Shown: positions 37,235 to 49,434 of the stretch, piece after piece
How positions within the stretch are numbered: position 1 is the first letter of the stretch
How the letters are laid out: each line of letters opens with the position of its first letter
NCBI GenBank assembly: GCA_002104905.1
Contig: MCFE01000342.1
Coordinates: 26,881 to 90,880, forward strand
DNA from: Basidiobolus meristosporus CBS 931.73
Lineage: Eukaryota > Fungi > Basidiobolomycota
DNA: 64,000 nt
Direction of reading: 5' to 3'
The notes under the pieces: generated by a model
What the model was told of the DNA's origin: nothing
Databases searched by the model: none
The model's input: the letters and a program-made list of their open reading frames with translations, nothing else
Program-made: the position numbers and the translations under genes

Positions 37235-38966
37235 TGCTTGAATTTTTACGTTAGATCAGTTTTTAGTCAAATGAAGTAGTAATAGGTTTAGCCTATCAGT
37301 TTATCAGTTTTATCTATCAAATCAGCAGTGTTAGTCAGCATGTGAATCTGTCAATCCTTATCACACAGAATCTGATATAATAAGTATGATCTTATTTGGG
37401 AATAATTATGCAATCAAATAAGTCATCAGCCACACCTACACTAAGAAATAGAGTTAGTCAGCAATTAAACTGGCAAAGTGTATATAATGAGCTGGTGGAA
37501 CCTCAATAAAAATCAGTTCAAGTCTTAGTGAATACAATACTAGTTTAACTCTCTATTCCTCTACAACTCTTCTGCCAAGATTGGTAACATTGGTAGCGGC
37601 ATTAATCCAAAACCTCCCTCCTGACAAAGAAGAATCCTTCCCCAAGATGTCAGAAAATCAAAAGCAGTATAATGCTTTGCATCAAATCCTGGCCCTATAG
37701 CAACACTTACTCCAGATCCACAGCCAGCAGCAACAAGGAATGACTGCCATGGTGCAGGACCAGCAAAACCCTATCACAAGCCACTTACGTGCAAAGGTCA
37801 ACTGGTACCATGGAAGAGTCAATGAAAACCTGGGAACTTGGCTCATTCAGATTGAAGAAGCTTTTAAAGCTAAAGGAATTGCTCCAGAAAGCAAGTTGCA
37901 TTATGCAGCTTCTTACCTGGTAGATGCAGCTTTACAGTGGTACCGCAACAAGATCAGGTCAGCCACTATGATAGGATACTTTACAATCTCTACATGAGAT
38001 GAGTGTGTGTCAGAAATTCAGGATGCCTTTGAACCCCTACACCTGCAGACACTACTAGGGAGAAAGATGAAGATGCTTGGACAGAAAGGAATGGTCCAAC
38101 AGTGCATCTATTGATACAGATGTCTACTTGGATGGATTAAAAGAACAAACCCCCTGGATCAGGTTGAATACTTTATTGATGGGTGGAAAGAAAGAATTTA
38201 AGAGGAAGTGAATTATCAAAGACCTCAGACTATTGAAGATGCCATCAAGATTACTATCAACTATGACTCAGCTATGTTTGCTGTTAGGAAGCCTACATTT
38301 ACTAATCAGAGAAGCTACAATCACTATGAAAGAAGACTATCAGAAGCACTGCCAATGGAAATAGACACTATGCAGAAAAATCCTACCTCAGAAGAATGTA
38401 AGAAGAAAGGACCTTGCCTCATTTGCCACCAGCAGGAACATATTGTAAAGTACTGTCCTCAGAAAAGTAATGGACACCGGGCATCAAGTACCTGCAACTA
38501 TCTTGAAGCCCTTGAGAATAGTTACATGGAGGACTAACTTGAAGAAGACTAGAACTCACCTTTCATATGACAGAAGAATACCTATCCCAGATGATTTCAA
38601 ACTCAGGAAAGCTATTCCACTTGAATGGAGCAATCAGTAGAGCACCTGCCAAGATCATGATTGGCTCAGGAGCATCACATGAGTACATGTCAGAGCAATT
38701 TGTTTAAAAGCTGGAATCAACTTGGAACTCACCAAATCAACTTCAGTCTCAACAGCTAATGAAAACTTTTATGTGATCAACTGTATTACTCAGCTAGTAT
38801 GGATAAAGATCAATGACTATGAAGAAGACCTACTGGCCTATATGTATGGGTAAGGCAAGTTTGACCTTGTACCTGGAAAAACCTGGCTATTCTGATGTAA
38901 GCCAGCAATTAACTGGGGACCCCATACTACTCAGATCCAGAAGAACAACAAGCCCTATGAGCTATT
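37235..38966 (+). mobile_element. G2 gypsy copy C (5' LTR to 37589, PBS tggtagcggc, gag-PR), truncated
   Basis: Collinear with copy A reverse complement and with copy B. It ends at a PHIS-family TIR. Confidence 0.88.
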
Positions 38967-39035
38967 AGGCTTGTTCTGTTGGATAGTGCCACATTGAGCC
39001 ATGAGTGCCAAATGATGCCATAGTGTGCCAAGGAG
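38967..39035 (+). mobile_element. PHIS-family terminal fragment (TIR plus GTGCC array)
   Basis: aggcttgttctgttggatagtgccaca..., preceded by ATT. It matches the MITE ends at 56695 and 57145. Confidence 0.8.
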
Positions 39036-39039
39036 GTTA

Positions 39040-39276
39040 AGTGGGCCAGATAGCATCTTGATTCTGCAAAGTCTGTAGTTCTTCTCATCAAACATCTCCT
39101 TTACAGGGAAGATGCATATGTTGTTCTGATTGATGGTAGCATTTATCTCTGGAGTAGACTAAGGCAATTGCGGCTCATAACCTATTGCAATTTAACCTGG
39201 ATAAAAGGAACTTATCAAAATATAGTGATAGTAGCTGAGTTGTTAATTTGTAAGAAAGCTTTGTATTTATGCCTTT
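39040..39276 (-). mobile_element. copia 5' fragment (LTR end, PBS, gag start)
   Basis: The minus strand reads ...tgcaata ggttatgagccgc, then IFPVKEMFDEKNY..KM, resembling the family A gag start. Confidence 0.6.
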
Positions 39277-39533
39277 TGTAGAAGTAACACAACTGGAACA
39301 CTAAGTAAGGAGGCTTCTCAACACTCACAAATATTCTGTTACACTTTCAGGGTTATTACATAATGTTTGGAAAAAGTGCTAATTTGATCTGGACTACAAC
39401 AAAATAATCATAGGATCATTGATCTGAAGAGAGTGGCAAAGTAAGGGTTGTAGGTGAGCACTAGAGAGACCAAGACTAGTCCAGAATTGTTAGGTAAACT
39501 TTTAGCAGCTGAAAGACACTGAGTAGTCCAACA
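39277..39533. repeat. LTR of copia family C
   Basis: Matches 49435-49701 and 52260-52475 (gaccaagactagt...tagtcca). Confidence 0.75.
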
Positions 39534-39539
39534 TTACAG

Positions 39540-42345
39540 CAGCAGCAAGGTCCAATATTATTAACACTCTAAGCATAATGGAGTAATAAATGGATAGAGT
39601 AGCACCGGAGATCCATGTGTTCAGCTCTATCTTTGTTATATACCCACTCATATCTTGTCACAAACGCATTACACAAAAGCTGTAGATGCATCAAGTTGAT
39701 ATCAGTGAAGCACTGCTGGATAAATATCCCTACATTGTCCACATATGACTCCCAATGCTTCCAATGTACCCTTGGTAGATAGGACCTATGAAGGCCACCG
39801 GAATAAATACATATCCAGTTCATCCAGTCCTTGCACTTGAATTGTTGCATATGTATAAGAATGCTGATTGGAGCCCATGAGAAGTACTTCAGGTAGCAGA
39901 TGCTCTGTATTATGTTATCAGTTATTTTGAGTTTCTCCAGTATCTGAAAGGGCTCATTTAGCTTGAAATGTCCCATGTGCTACTTGGTCACCAGTATAGG
40001 GATATTGTAAAAAATGAAATGCATTGCTCCCAGTGGAAAGCTTTTGCTCCAACAGATACCCTTTAATCTAAGTATCTTTGGTTCCCTGAATAATTCCATA
40101 TTCCAGCCCAAAGCTTGTAGCTTGCCAACTTTACTGCAATTACATGCTGACTTCTGTCCCCTGGATTTCACACACTTTACAGTTTGAAAGCATACAAAAC
40201 TCATCCAGCAATGGAAACAGGTAGCTACCAAGGTTGGATGTTGATATAGGCCCAGATACCAATGAAACTATCATCAAAATTCTGCTGACATTGTAAGATA
40301 GGCAGCAGATTCAGGTTGATGAGAATCAATGGCCAGCAGGATTGGCTGCTAGAGTATTGGTGTAATGAGGATCCAAAGTAGCCCTAGCTTCTTAGCTTTT
40401 TGTAATATTTGCCATCACACTTATTGGATATGTTTTCACCTGGTTGATACAAATTGCAGTACTTTGCAGCATCACATACTTGTTGGACTGCATGAGCCTT
40501 ATTAGACAGGGTATTAACAGAATATATCCAGAGTATAAGCAATGATCTCCCTCAATATTAGTGAACTCCTGACAAGTTGGACACCTTGTAATGGTGGCAT
40601 TTTCTGATGTGAATACCATGCAACTGTTAATACATGCTAGTAACAGAATGGTCTCTGGGTCATATGTTGCCAGCTGCATGACAATTGTTCATTTATACCA
40701 TGCACATGGGAAGTTGCATCCAAGGATGATTTTAGCAAGAGGTAATTGTTAATCCTCAAAGCCCCCATTACTGAATTTGAGTTAAAATATCCCACTGCTC
40801 TAGCCACATTATCACATCATAGGGAGCTCAAGTGGCTCAATGTCACAGCCAGGAGTTGAGCCATATCCCAATGTAACAGCAGAGGAATATTATACCATCT
40901 TTGAAGCACAACAACTGTGCTCAAAGATACAGCCCACAGAGAAACCTGTCACATCATGGGAGGGAGAAAATATAGTGTTTATGCCAAAGCTCAATATTCA
41001 AAAGACATTGAAGATCCATAAAGCTGTTGAGTGCAATGTGGAGAGGGGGCTAATACTTAAGAGGCTGTTAGATGCATATCTTGCTAACATCTCAAGGCAA
41101 GCATACCATGGGACCACCAGGAACTCAAGGTCAAGCAGAAAGTACATGACTGGTTCCATGAGCATTATCTTGCATTTAAATAAGCTAACAGATTTTGGGC
41201 CAGCATTGGCATGCTAAGAAAGTATATCTGGAATAGCAGAAACTCTCAAAGGCAGAATAACAAGGGCGCAATGGCTAAAAACCAGCAGCTTCCTCAGGAG
41301 CATATTATATGCCAGGCCAAATGCTCCAAACAAGTGTCAAACAGGCATCAGGTGGCTGGAAGAGTGCCAATAAGGGAAAAGCAGACAGATGTGGAGAAAC
41401 CAGCACAACATTTACACAGGAAAAAGTGTAGTTTTACTCAAGAAGCACTCAATAAAAGTAGCAGTAATAAAGACAAGCAGCTACCTCAGGAGCCTGTCAC
41501 AGCATGGGCTGAAAGCTTGAAACTAGCAGAAAAGAAGAGTCTGGTTGCCTGCAGAGTGACAGCAAGGGACAATCAGGTCAAAACAGAGGCATCTGAGCAG
41601 TATTTGACTATGAGAAAATGTATTCCAGTACAAGAAGCATACAAATATGGCATTATTGAATGACCTGGCAGTGATAAAGGAAAAGGTAAAGGGGAAAAAG
41701 TCTACCCAAGCCAGAGGCAGGGAAGCATGAAAAAAAAGCTGCAGCTCCTGGCAATTAATGCTGTATTCCTGGAACAGACTGAGTCCTATCATTGCTAAGA
41801 AGAATTGCCAACTAGAAAGCAGCTTATTTCACAAGAGCTGGAAGAGCTACCAATTAAGCTACACTCCAGTTAGTAGATGAGTTTGCAGAAAAAGGCAATT
41901 TGCCTACCACAGCCTCCACAACCTCCATTGTTGACATAGTGGAGATCCCATTAACAGACAAGGCTACAACGTCAAGAGCTCAAAAGACTATTACAATGCC
42001 TTCAGTGGAGTTTTGGAATATTAATAGGCACACCAAGAGGTTGCAGCACTTCTTCAAGAGCAGTGCTCAAGAAAACGCACTGGAATATTGCAAGGATATA
42101 TTGCAAAGACTAACAGATGAGGAGCTAGACCTTGCAGTGCCAGCTGAAGGCCAGGACGTATGGGAACTAGTGAATGAACAGTGGCATAAAGCCATTGGGT
42201 TCCTGCCAAAGTCATGGAACCAGAGCATTAAAACAGAAATGCATATTCAGTGGTGGATTTTAATAGAGTTACTTGTTGAGTGTGGGGTTGGGCTTAATGT
42301 TACTGTAGGGTATAGAGACTTGTATAGGTTAATACAATTGGCAAT
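39540..42345. mobile_element. Internally deleted CACTA-like element: transposase core (minus, 39540-40820) fused to ORF2 3' part (plus, 40826-42345)
   Basis: The minus strand gives YDP..L.ACINSC, SCWPLILINLNL, YLFPLLDE, HLLLH. The plus part is collinear with 6120-7655. Confidence 0.78.
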
Positions 42346-45300
42346 CAATTAGTATATGTTTAGGTTATCAGTATATCAGTATTATCTATCAAATCAGTGG
42401 CATTAGTCAGCAAATGAATCAGCAATCCTTATCAGACAGAAATAGATATACTAAGTAGGATGTTATTAGGTGATGATGATGCAATCAAATGAGTCATCAG
42501 CCACAACCTACATTTGGAAATACAATTAGTTGGCAATTGATCTGGCAAATGTATATAAGGGGCTGCTGGAACCTCAATAAAAATCAGTCAAGTTTTAGTG
42601 AATACAATACTAGCTAAACTCTCTATTCTTATACAACTCTCAAACCAAGACTTGTAACATTGGTAGCAGCAATAACTAGAAACCTCCCTCCTGAAGAAAG
42701 AAGAAACCACCCTCAAGATGTTGCACAATCAGGAACGGAAAAAGGCCATGCAGTAAATTCTGGCCCAACAGCAACAAGGAATGACTACCATGGCTCAGAG
42801 CCAGCAAAGCACTGTCAAGAGCAACTTTAGTGTGAAGGTCAACCAGTACCATGGCAGAGTCAATGAAAACATGGGAACTTGGCTCTTTCAGATTGAAGAA
42901 GCTTTTAAAGCTAAAGGAATTGCTCCAGAGAGCAAGTTGCATTATGCAGCTTCTTACCTGGCAGATGCAGCTTTACAGTGGTACCACAACTAGATCAGGT
43001 CAGCCACTATGATGGGATGCTCTACAATCTCTACCTGGGATGAGTTTGTGTCGGAAATTCAGGATGCTTTTGAACCTCCACACCAGCAGACACTACTAAG
43101 ACGGAAGTTAAAGACACTCAGACAGAAAGGAATGGTTCAAGAATACATCAATGAGTACAGATGTCTACTTGGACAAATTGAAAGAATGGACCCCCTGGAT
43201 CAAGTTGAATACTTTATTGATGAGTTGAAAGAAAGAACTTGCACAGAATTGAGTTATCAAAGACTTCAGACTATTGAAGAAGCCATCAAGATTGCCATTG
43301 ACTATGACTCAGCTATGTTTGGAGTTGGGAGGCCTACACTGACTAATCAGAGAGGCTACAATCTTTATGAAAGTAGACAGTCAGAAGCAGTACCAATGGA
43401 AATAAATGCTATGCAGAAGAATCCTACCTCAGAAGAATGCAAGAAGAAAGGACTTTGTTTCAATTGCCACCAGCTAGGACATATTGCAAAGTACTGCCCT
43501 CAGAGAAGAAATGGACACCAGCCAACAAGAACCTTCAACCATATTGAGTCCCATGAACACAGTAATGTGGAAGATGAGCTTGAAGAAGACTACCACCAGT
43601 CAGAGACGTGGATCATGCCATTGACACAGGAGATAGCCCTCCAGTGAGCAAGACACCTTACAGAATGAGTCCATTGGAATTAGAGGAAATGAAGAGACAA
43701 ATTGATCAGCTATTGGAGCAAGGATACATCTGGCCCAGCAAGTCACCCTGGGGAGCACCAGTGCTTTTTGTGAAAAAGAAGGATGGAACACTTAGGATGT
43801 GCATTGACTACAGCGCCCTGAACTCAGTTACCGTCAAGAATAAGTACCCCATACCTTGGATAGATGAGCTTTTGGACCAACTTAATGGAGCCACCATTTT
43901 CAGCAAGATTGACCTCATGTCAGGATACAACCAAATTAGGGTGAAACCAGAAGATATTCCTAAGACAGCATTTAGTACCAGATATGGACATTACAAGTAC
44001 TTAGTCATGTGTTTTGGTCTCACCAATGCCCCTGCAGCTTTCATGACCCTGATGCAGACTGTCTTCCAGGATTACTTAGACAAGTTTGTCATAATCTACC
44101 TAGATGATATACTGATATACAGCAAGACAGAAGAGGATCACTTGGTGCACATTGAAAAGTTCCTGAAGAAGCTAAGAGAGAACAAGTTTTATGGCAAGCT
44201 ACCCAGGTGTGAATTCTTCAAGGAACACATTGAATATCTGGGACACATAGTGACTAGCACAGGAGTGACCTTTGACCCCAAGAAGGTGGAAGTAATCAAG
44301 AATCTGAAGCAGCCCCATAGCATATCAGAGCTCAGATCATTCCTTGGAATGGTTTCCTATTATTGGAGATTTGTCAAGTTGTTTGCAAGTATTGCAGCCC
44401 CTTTAACTGATATCCTCAAGAAAGCTAATACCTACAAGTGGGACATAGCTTGTGAGACTGCTTTCCAGACACTCAAGAATGAACTTGCTAAGCTGCCAAG
44501 CTTAAGAATACCAGACTTCAGAAAAGAGTTCACTCTGTGCACAGATGCTTCAGATTATGCAACTGGTGGAGTGCTGAGCCAAGAACACAAGGGAAAGGAC
44601 TACACTGTTGCCTTTGAATCCAAGAAATAGAACTCAGCAGAACAAAACTATGCAGTCCATGAGTAGGAGATGCTTGCTTTAATACACTGTTTGAAGACAT
44701 GAAGATGCTATATTGAAGGAGTCAAATGCACTGTGAAGACTGATCATGCCTCCCTCAAGTACATATTTACTCAGAATGTACTCTCTAGAAGAATGACAAG
44801 ATGGAGTGAATACATTCAGCAATTTGACCTGGAGATTATCTACTGCCCTGGAAACAACAACACAGTTGCTGATGCCTTATTAAGATTAGATCAAGTTGCA
44901 CAACTCAACTTGGTGCATGAATCAGATTGGCCTAGCCTATGACCAAAGTACTTGGAGAACCAAGTCATTCCTAATCAGGTGGAAGAAGATATCAAGAAGA
45001 TAATCCGTGATGAAGTCAGTAAACTTGTAGAACAGGATGAAACACTCTACCAAATTATTGATGGAAGCCCTATTGCCTATTGCTCTTATGTTTCTTGCCT
45101 GGATTTAATACATACGCTACATAATAGATATGGACATCTTGGAATTGAAGGAACCTAAAGTCTTGTGAAAGCCAGAGCATGGTGGCCCAGAATGAAACAA
45201 GACATTGAGAAGCTAGTAAAACATGCCCAAATTGCCAAATTAACCAAAGCCAATCACAGATAATTGCCAAACTCTTTCCCTTGGAGCCTGTAAGACCATT

Positions 45301-46570
45301 TGAAAGATGGCAAATTGATTTTATTGGAAGACTGCCAACTACCAGGAAATGCAACCATTGGATCCTAGTAGCAATTGACCATGCCACTAAATGGCCAGTT
45401 GCTTAAGCTGTACCAATAGCCAGTGAACAAAAAGTTGCAAGTTTCATTTACCATGAGATCCTGATGAAGTTTGGATGCCCTGTGGAGATCTTATCTGATA
45501 GAGGAGCAAACCTCATGGCAAAGACATTAGAGGCTTACCTGGAAATGCAGCAGATCACACAATTGAGAACCTGGGCATATCACCCCAGAACTGATGGAGT
45601 CACTGAGTGGTTTAATGGATTATTTGGAAAAATGCTGATCAAGTATGCAAATGGCGTTGTCAGTAGATGGGAAGAGTATATAGACCAAGCACTCTTTGCA
45701 TGTAGAGTCAGAGTACACAACACCACCCAGCAACCACCATTCTACTTAGTGTATGGATGTGAACCAAGGATTCCAGGAGATCTCACACACCAAAGCTTAC
45801 AGACACCTTAGAAGATGAACTCAGTCAGCCAAGTAGACACCACGTAACTGGAACAAAGATGTCAAAAGGCACAGACTAAAGTATCTCAAAGTGCAGAAAA
45901 TATGAAGCAGAGATTTGATAAGACTATAGCACCAGAAGCATTGACAGTTGGGAACTTTGCATTGCTAGGAAACAACACTTGGAAGAAGTTTGAGCCACAA
46001 TGGACAGGTCCATTCATGATCATCAGAAAATGTCCAATTGCAACCTACCAACTGGTGGACAAACAAGGCAATATCCAGGAAGACTTAGTGCATAGGGACA
46101 GACTCAAGCTTGCAAGACTTGCTGATAATACTGAACCATCAAGATATTGGTATCACAAGAATAGAGACTCAGGAGAACCCTCTCAACTTTAGTAGGGGAG
46201 AATGTTATGATCTGCCGCTTGAATGTTTAAGTTAGATCAGTTTTTAGTCAAATCAATTAGTATATGTTTTGATTATCAGTATATCAGTATTATCTATCAA
46301 ATCAGTGGCATTAGTCAGCAAATGAATCAGCATATCCTTATCAGACAGAAATAGATATACCAAGTAGGATCTTATTAGGTGATGATGATGCAATCAAATG
46401 AGTCATCAGCCACAACATACATTAGGAAATACAATCTGTCAGCAATTGATCTGGCAAAATGCATACAAGGAGCTGCTGGAACCTCAATAAAAATCAATTC
46501 AAGTTTTAGTGAATACAATACTAGCTAAACTCCCTATTCCTCTACAACTCTCAAACCAAGACTTGTAACA
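42345..46570 (+). mobile_element. G2 gypsy copy B (5' LTR clipped, 3' LTR 46203-46570), protease deleted
   Basis: gag 43009..43647, RT 43608..44630 (YLDD), INT remnants, PPT tagtaggggagaa. Highly similar to copy A in inverted orientation. Confidence 0.92.
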
Positions 46571-46720
46571 ATCAAATCTGGGGTGCTACTATTTTTTCAT
46601 GGTCTTTGCACAATGTCCTGATGGGATCAATACCTCTGAATTGGGTGGCTTAGAGTTTGTGATGTCCTTTTGATAGGGTTATTGCAATAATTTCTCATAT
46701 GGCTTATACCAATTGGGCCA
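46571..46720. repeat. Probable subterminal region of the CACTA-like element
   Basis: Homologous to 7890-8020. Similarity ends near tcata(g/t)gg. Confidence 0.5.
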
Positions 46721-46999
46721 GACATCAAAGGAAATTACTATAACCTTAACTTTATGCTAATATGTAGTTATATTCCTGGTCAACATAGATTTGGAAGCTG
46801 GCTTTGTTTTTTCCCTGTGCCTTAGTTAGCATTTCACTACAAGTTTGTATGATTAGTCAGTACTTTACAGTGAGGGATGTCATTTCAGATTCTCCCATAA
46901 CACTTATAGTCAATTGACTTGCACCCTGCAACCAGCTAACTTTATCTAAATGCTGCATTATGTTAGTGTTCCATATGACTACTCCAAGCTTAAAGTAAA

Positions 47000-48700
47000 T
47001 CAATGTCTCTCTATGCTTTTCCCTTGCCACAATTCCAATATTTCAAATTCACCTATGCACCACTAATGCACTTATTTGAAGACAGAGACAGCAATTTGCC
47101 CTGTTAGCAAAATTGGCAACATATTCATAAAAGGCTATGAGCAACGCTTACCAGCAATGTTGAGCTGGTAAAAAATATATAATAGAGGAATATTCTTCAT
47201 TACCAAGATGATCACAGGGGATAAATGAAACTTATAGGCATTGTATTCACCTAGTTGGCTGATAAGGCAAAATATGTTGGCATACAAATTGGTGTTGAAG
47301 ATGTAATAGTTACTCTCATGTGTAGTCTGACAATGAGGTTTTAGGGCCTGGTGCTAGTCTTGGACTATAAAAATGATATTATAACCTCAATATGTGTAAA
47401 TGGGTTGCTTCTATACTACTGATTGAAGGAATCAATCAACAATAAGAAGGAAGAGGCAAATGCCTTAGTAAGAAATGACAATTTCCCAATCAGGGAGTCA
47501 AAATTGATCAATTGCAAGAACCTTTCCAGTTGAGGCAGTAATCAGCCCCTTTGGTGCTTGAAAAAGACTGCAAAATGTACATAAGATAAAAAATGTCTTA
47601 GCTACATTGAAGCCCTGAAGCATAGTATTTTGGTAGAAGAATCTGAAAAAGACATAAAATCCACCTTACATTGAACATAAGAATATTTGTCTCAAAGGTT
47701 CTCCAACTCAGGAGAACTGCTTCACTTGAGAAAAGTTTTCAGCAGAGCACCTGCCAAGATTTTGATTAACCTAGGAATATCACCCAAGTATGTGCAGGAC
47801 AGATTTGCCTTGGAGGCAGGAATTAGCACGGACACCACTGTAAGAAGCTAGATCAATAACTATAAGAAGACTTTCAGAACTTCATATGGAAACTGAACAT
47901 TTAGGCTGTTGCAACAATCTGGTGCTTAAATGTGTAGGTTAGAGCAGTTTTTAGTTAGTTCAGTAGCTTAATGCTTAGCAAAAGCTTCTTATTAATTTAA
48001 AACCTTATATCAAGACTTTGACAGTGTGTTTTGAAAATCATGACTCTGTTGTTGTAATCCCTCAATCAACTGGAGAACCAGTGCCACTCAGATTCAAGTG
48101 GACCGCAAGACTTATGTTCAAGTACCTGCCAGCCTGGATTCAACTTGCTTAATGCCAATACACATGAATTCTCATGGAATATTGAACAGGATTATTTCCA
48201 CTCCATCTCTGCAGAAAGTCAAGACTCCTTTGAGTAATTACTCACATGTATATACAGAGGGGCCTGAGAACCAGCCAACAATCAGAAAGGCTGATCATTC
48301 CCTTGGAACCTAGAGCCCCAGTTGAGAGCTGGAGAGTGGACTTGATTGGAAGACTACCCACCTCTAGGAAATGCAACAAATGGTATTGTAAGAATAACTA
48401 ATCATTGCACTAAAGTGTCCATTAATGAATCTATAACAGTGGCTGGTAAGCAAAAAGTTACAAGTTTCATCTGCCAAGCAATTCTGAAAAAGTTTGGATG
48501 CCTTGAGAAGATCTTATCTAATGTAGGAGCACATATAGAGCACAAATGCTAGAGTCTATCCTGAAAGTGCAGCATATTGGCAATTTGAAGTCTTTGGCAT
48601 ATCATTCTGAAACCAGTCAAGTCACTGAGTGGGTGAATGAAATGATTAAATGGATGTAAAAGTGGCATTTATGTGTGGTGGACTTGATGAAGACCTTTAC
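47000..48700 (+). pseudogene. Very degenerate gypsy fragments
   Basis: Patchy similarity to G2 protease (47740-47900) and INT (WRVDLIGRLP at 48330). Confidence 0.5.
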
Positions 48701-49434
48701 ATGGACCAGCTTGATGGATATGTTGTTGAATAATGGATTATTTGGTATCATTCTGCAGCTATAGCTTTATTTAACAACTCTGGACTAACCTTGGCCACTG
48801 TAGGACTTATTTACATTCCAAACTTTGCTACTTACATCATATCTAAGATCCTATAATTATTCCCCTTTAGTCAAGAGCAGATTGGCACTTTTCCAAACAT
48901 TGTGTACTAGCCCTGAAACTGTTACAGAATACTCCTGAATGCTGAGGAGCCCTCCTTACTCAGTGTTATAGTTGTATTACTTCATCATGAGTACAAATTA
49001 TTTGCTTCTTTATGAATAGATAGACATTTCAACTACTAGCATTATTTCTTGATATGTTGTTTTTAACACAGCTCACTTCTCAGGTTGTAACATTTGGTGA
49101 GCAAGATAGCCCTTTATGGTGTGTAGGCTAAGAAATCTCTAATTGATATCCAACAATCATCAATAGCCTATAATTGCAAAATGATTCATGTTTGTAATTT
49201 TTGAGTTTCCAAATATATGCTATATACTAGAATTTCTACTATAAGCCAGATAGAGCAAGTCTGGCTCATTTAGCTCTATATGTAGATGATAATATTGTAG
49301 TTACCAATACCCTATATATATCAAAAGAAACTGTTACAATTTATCTAGTGATTTGGATATTAGGAAATTATCAAGAAATGGTGGTAATGGTTAAACTGTT
49401 GTTTATTCATACAGAGGGTCAGTATTTGCAACAT

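Noticed and set aside
38967-40820. Hybrid element with PHIS-type TIR and CACTA-type transposase
   Set aside because: A copia gag/PBS fragment and a copia LTR lie between the TIR and the transposase, so these are separate remnants joined by deletion.
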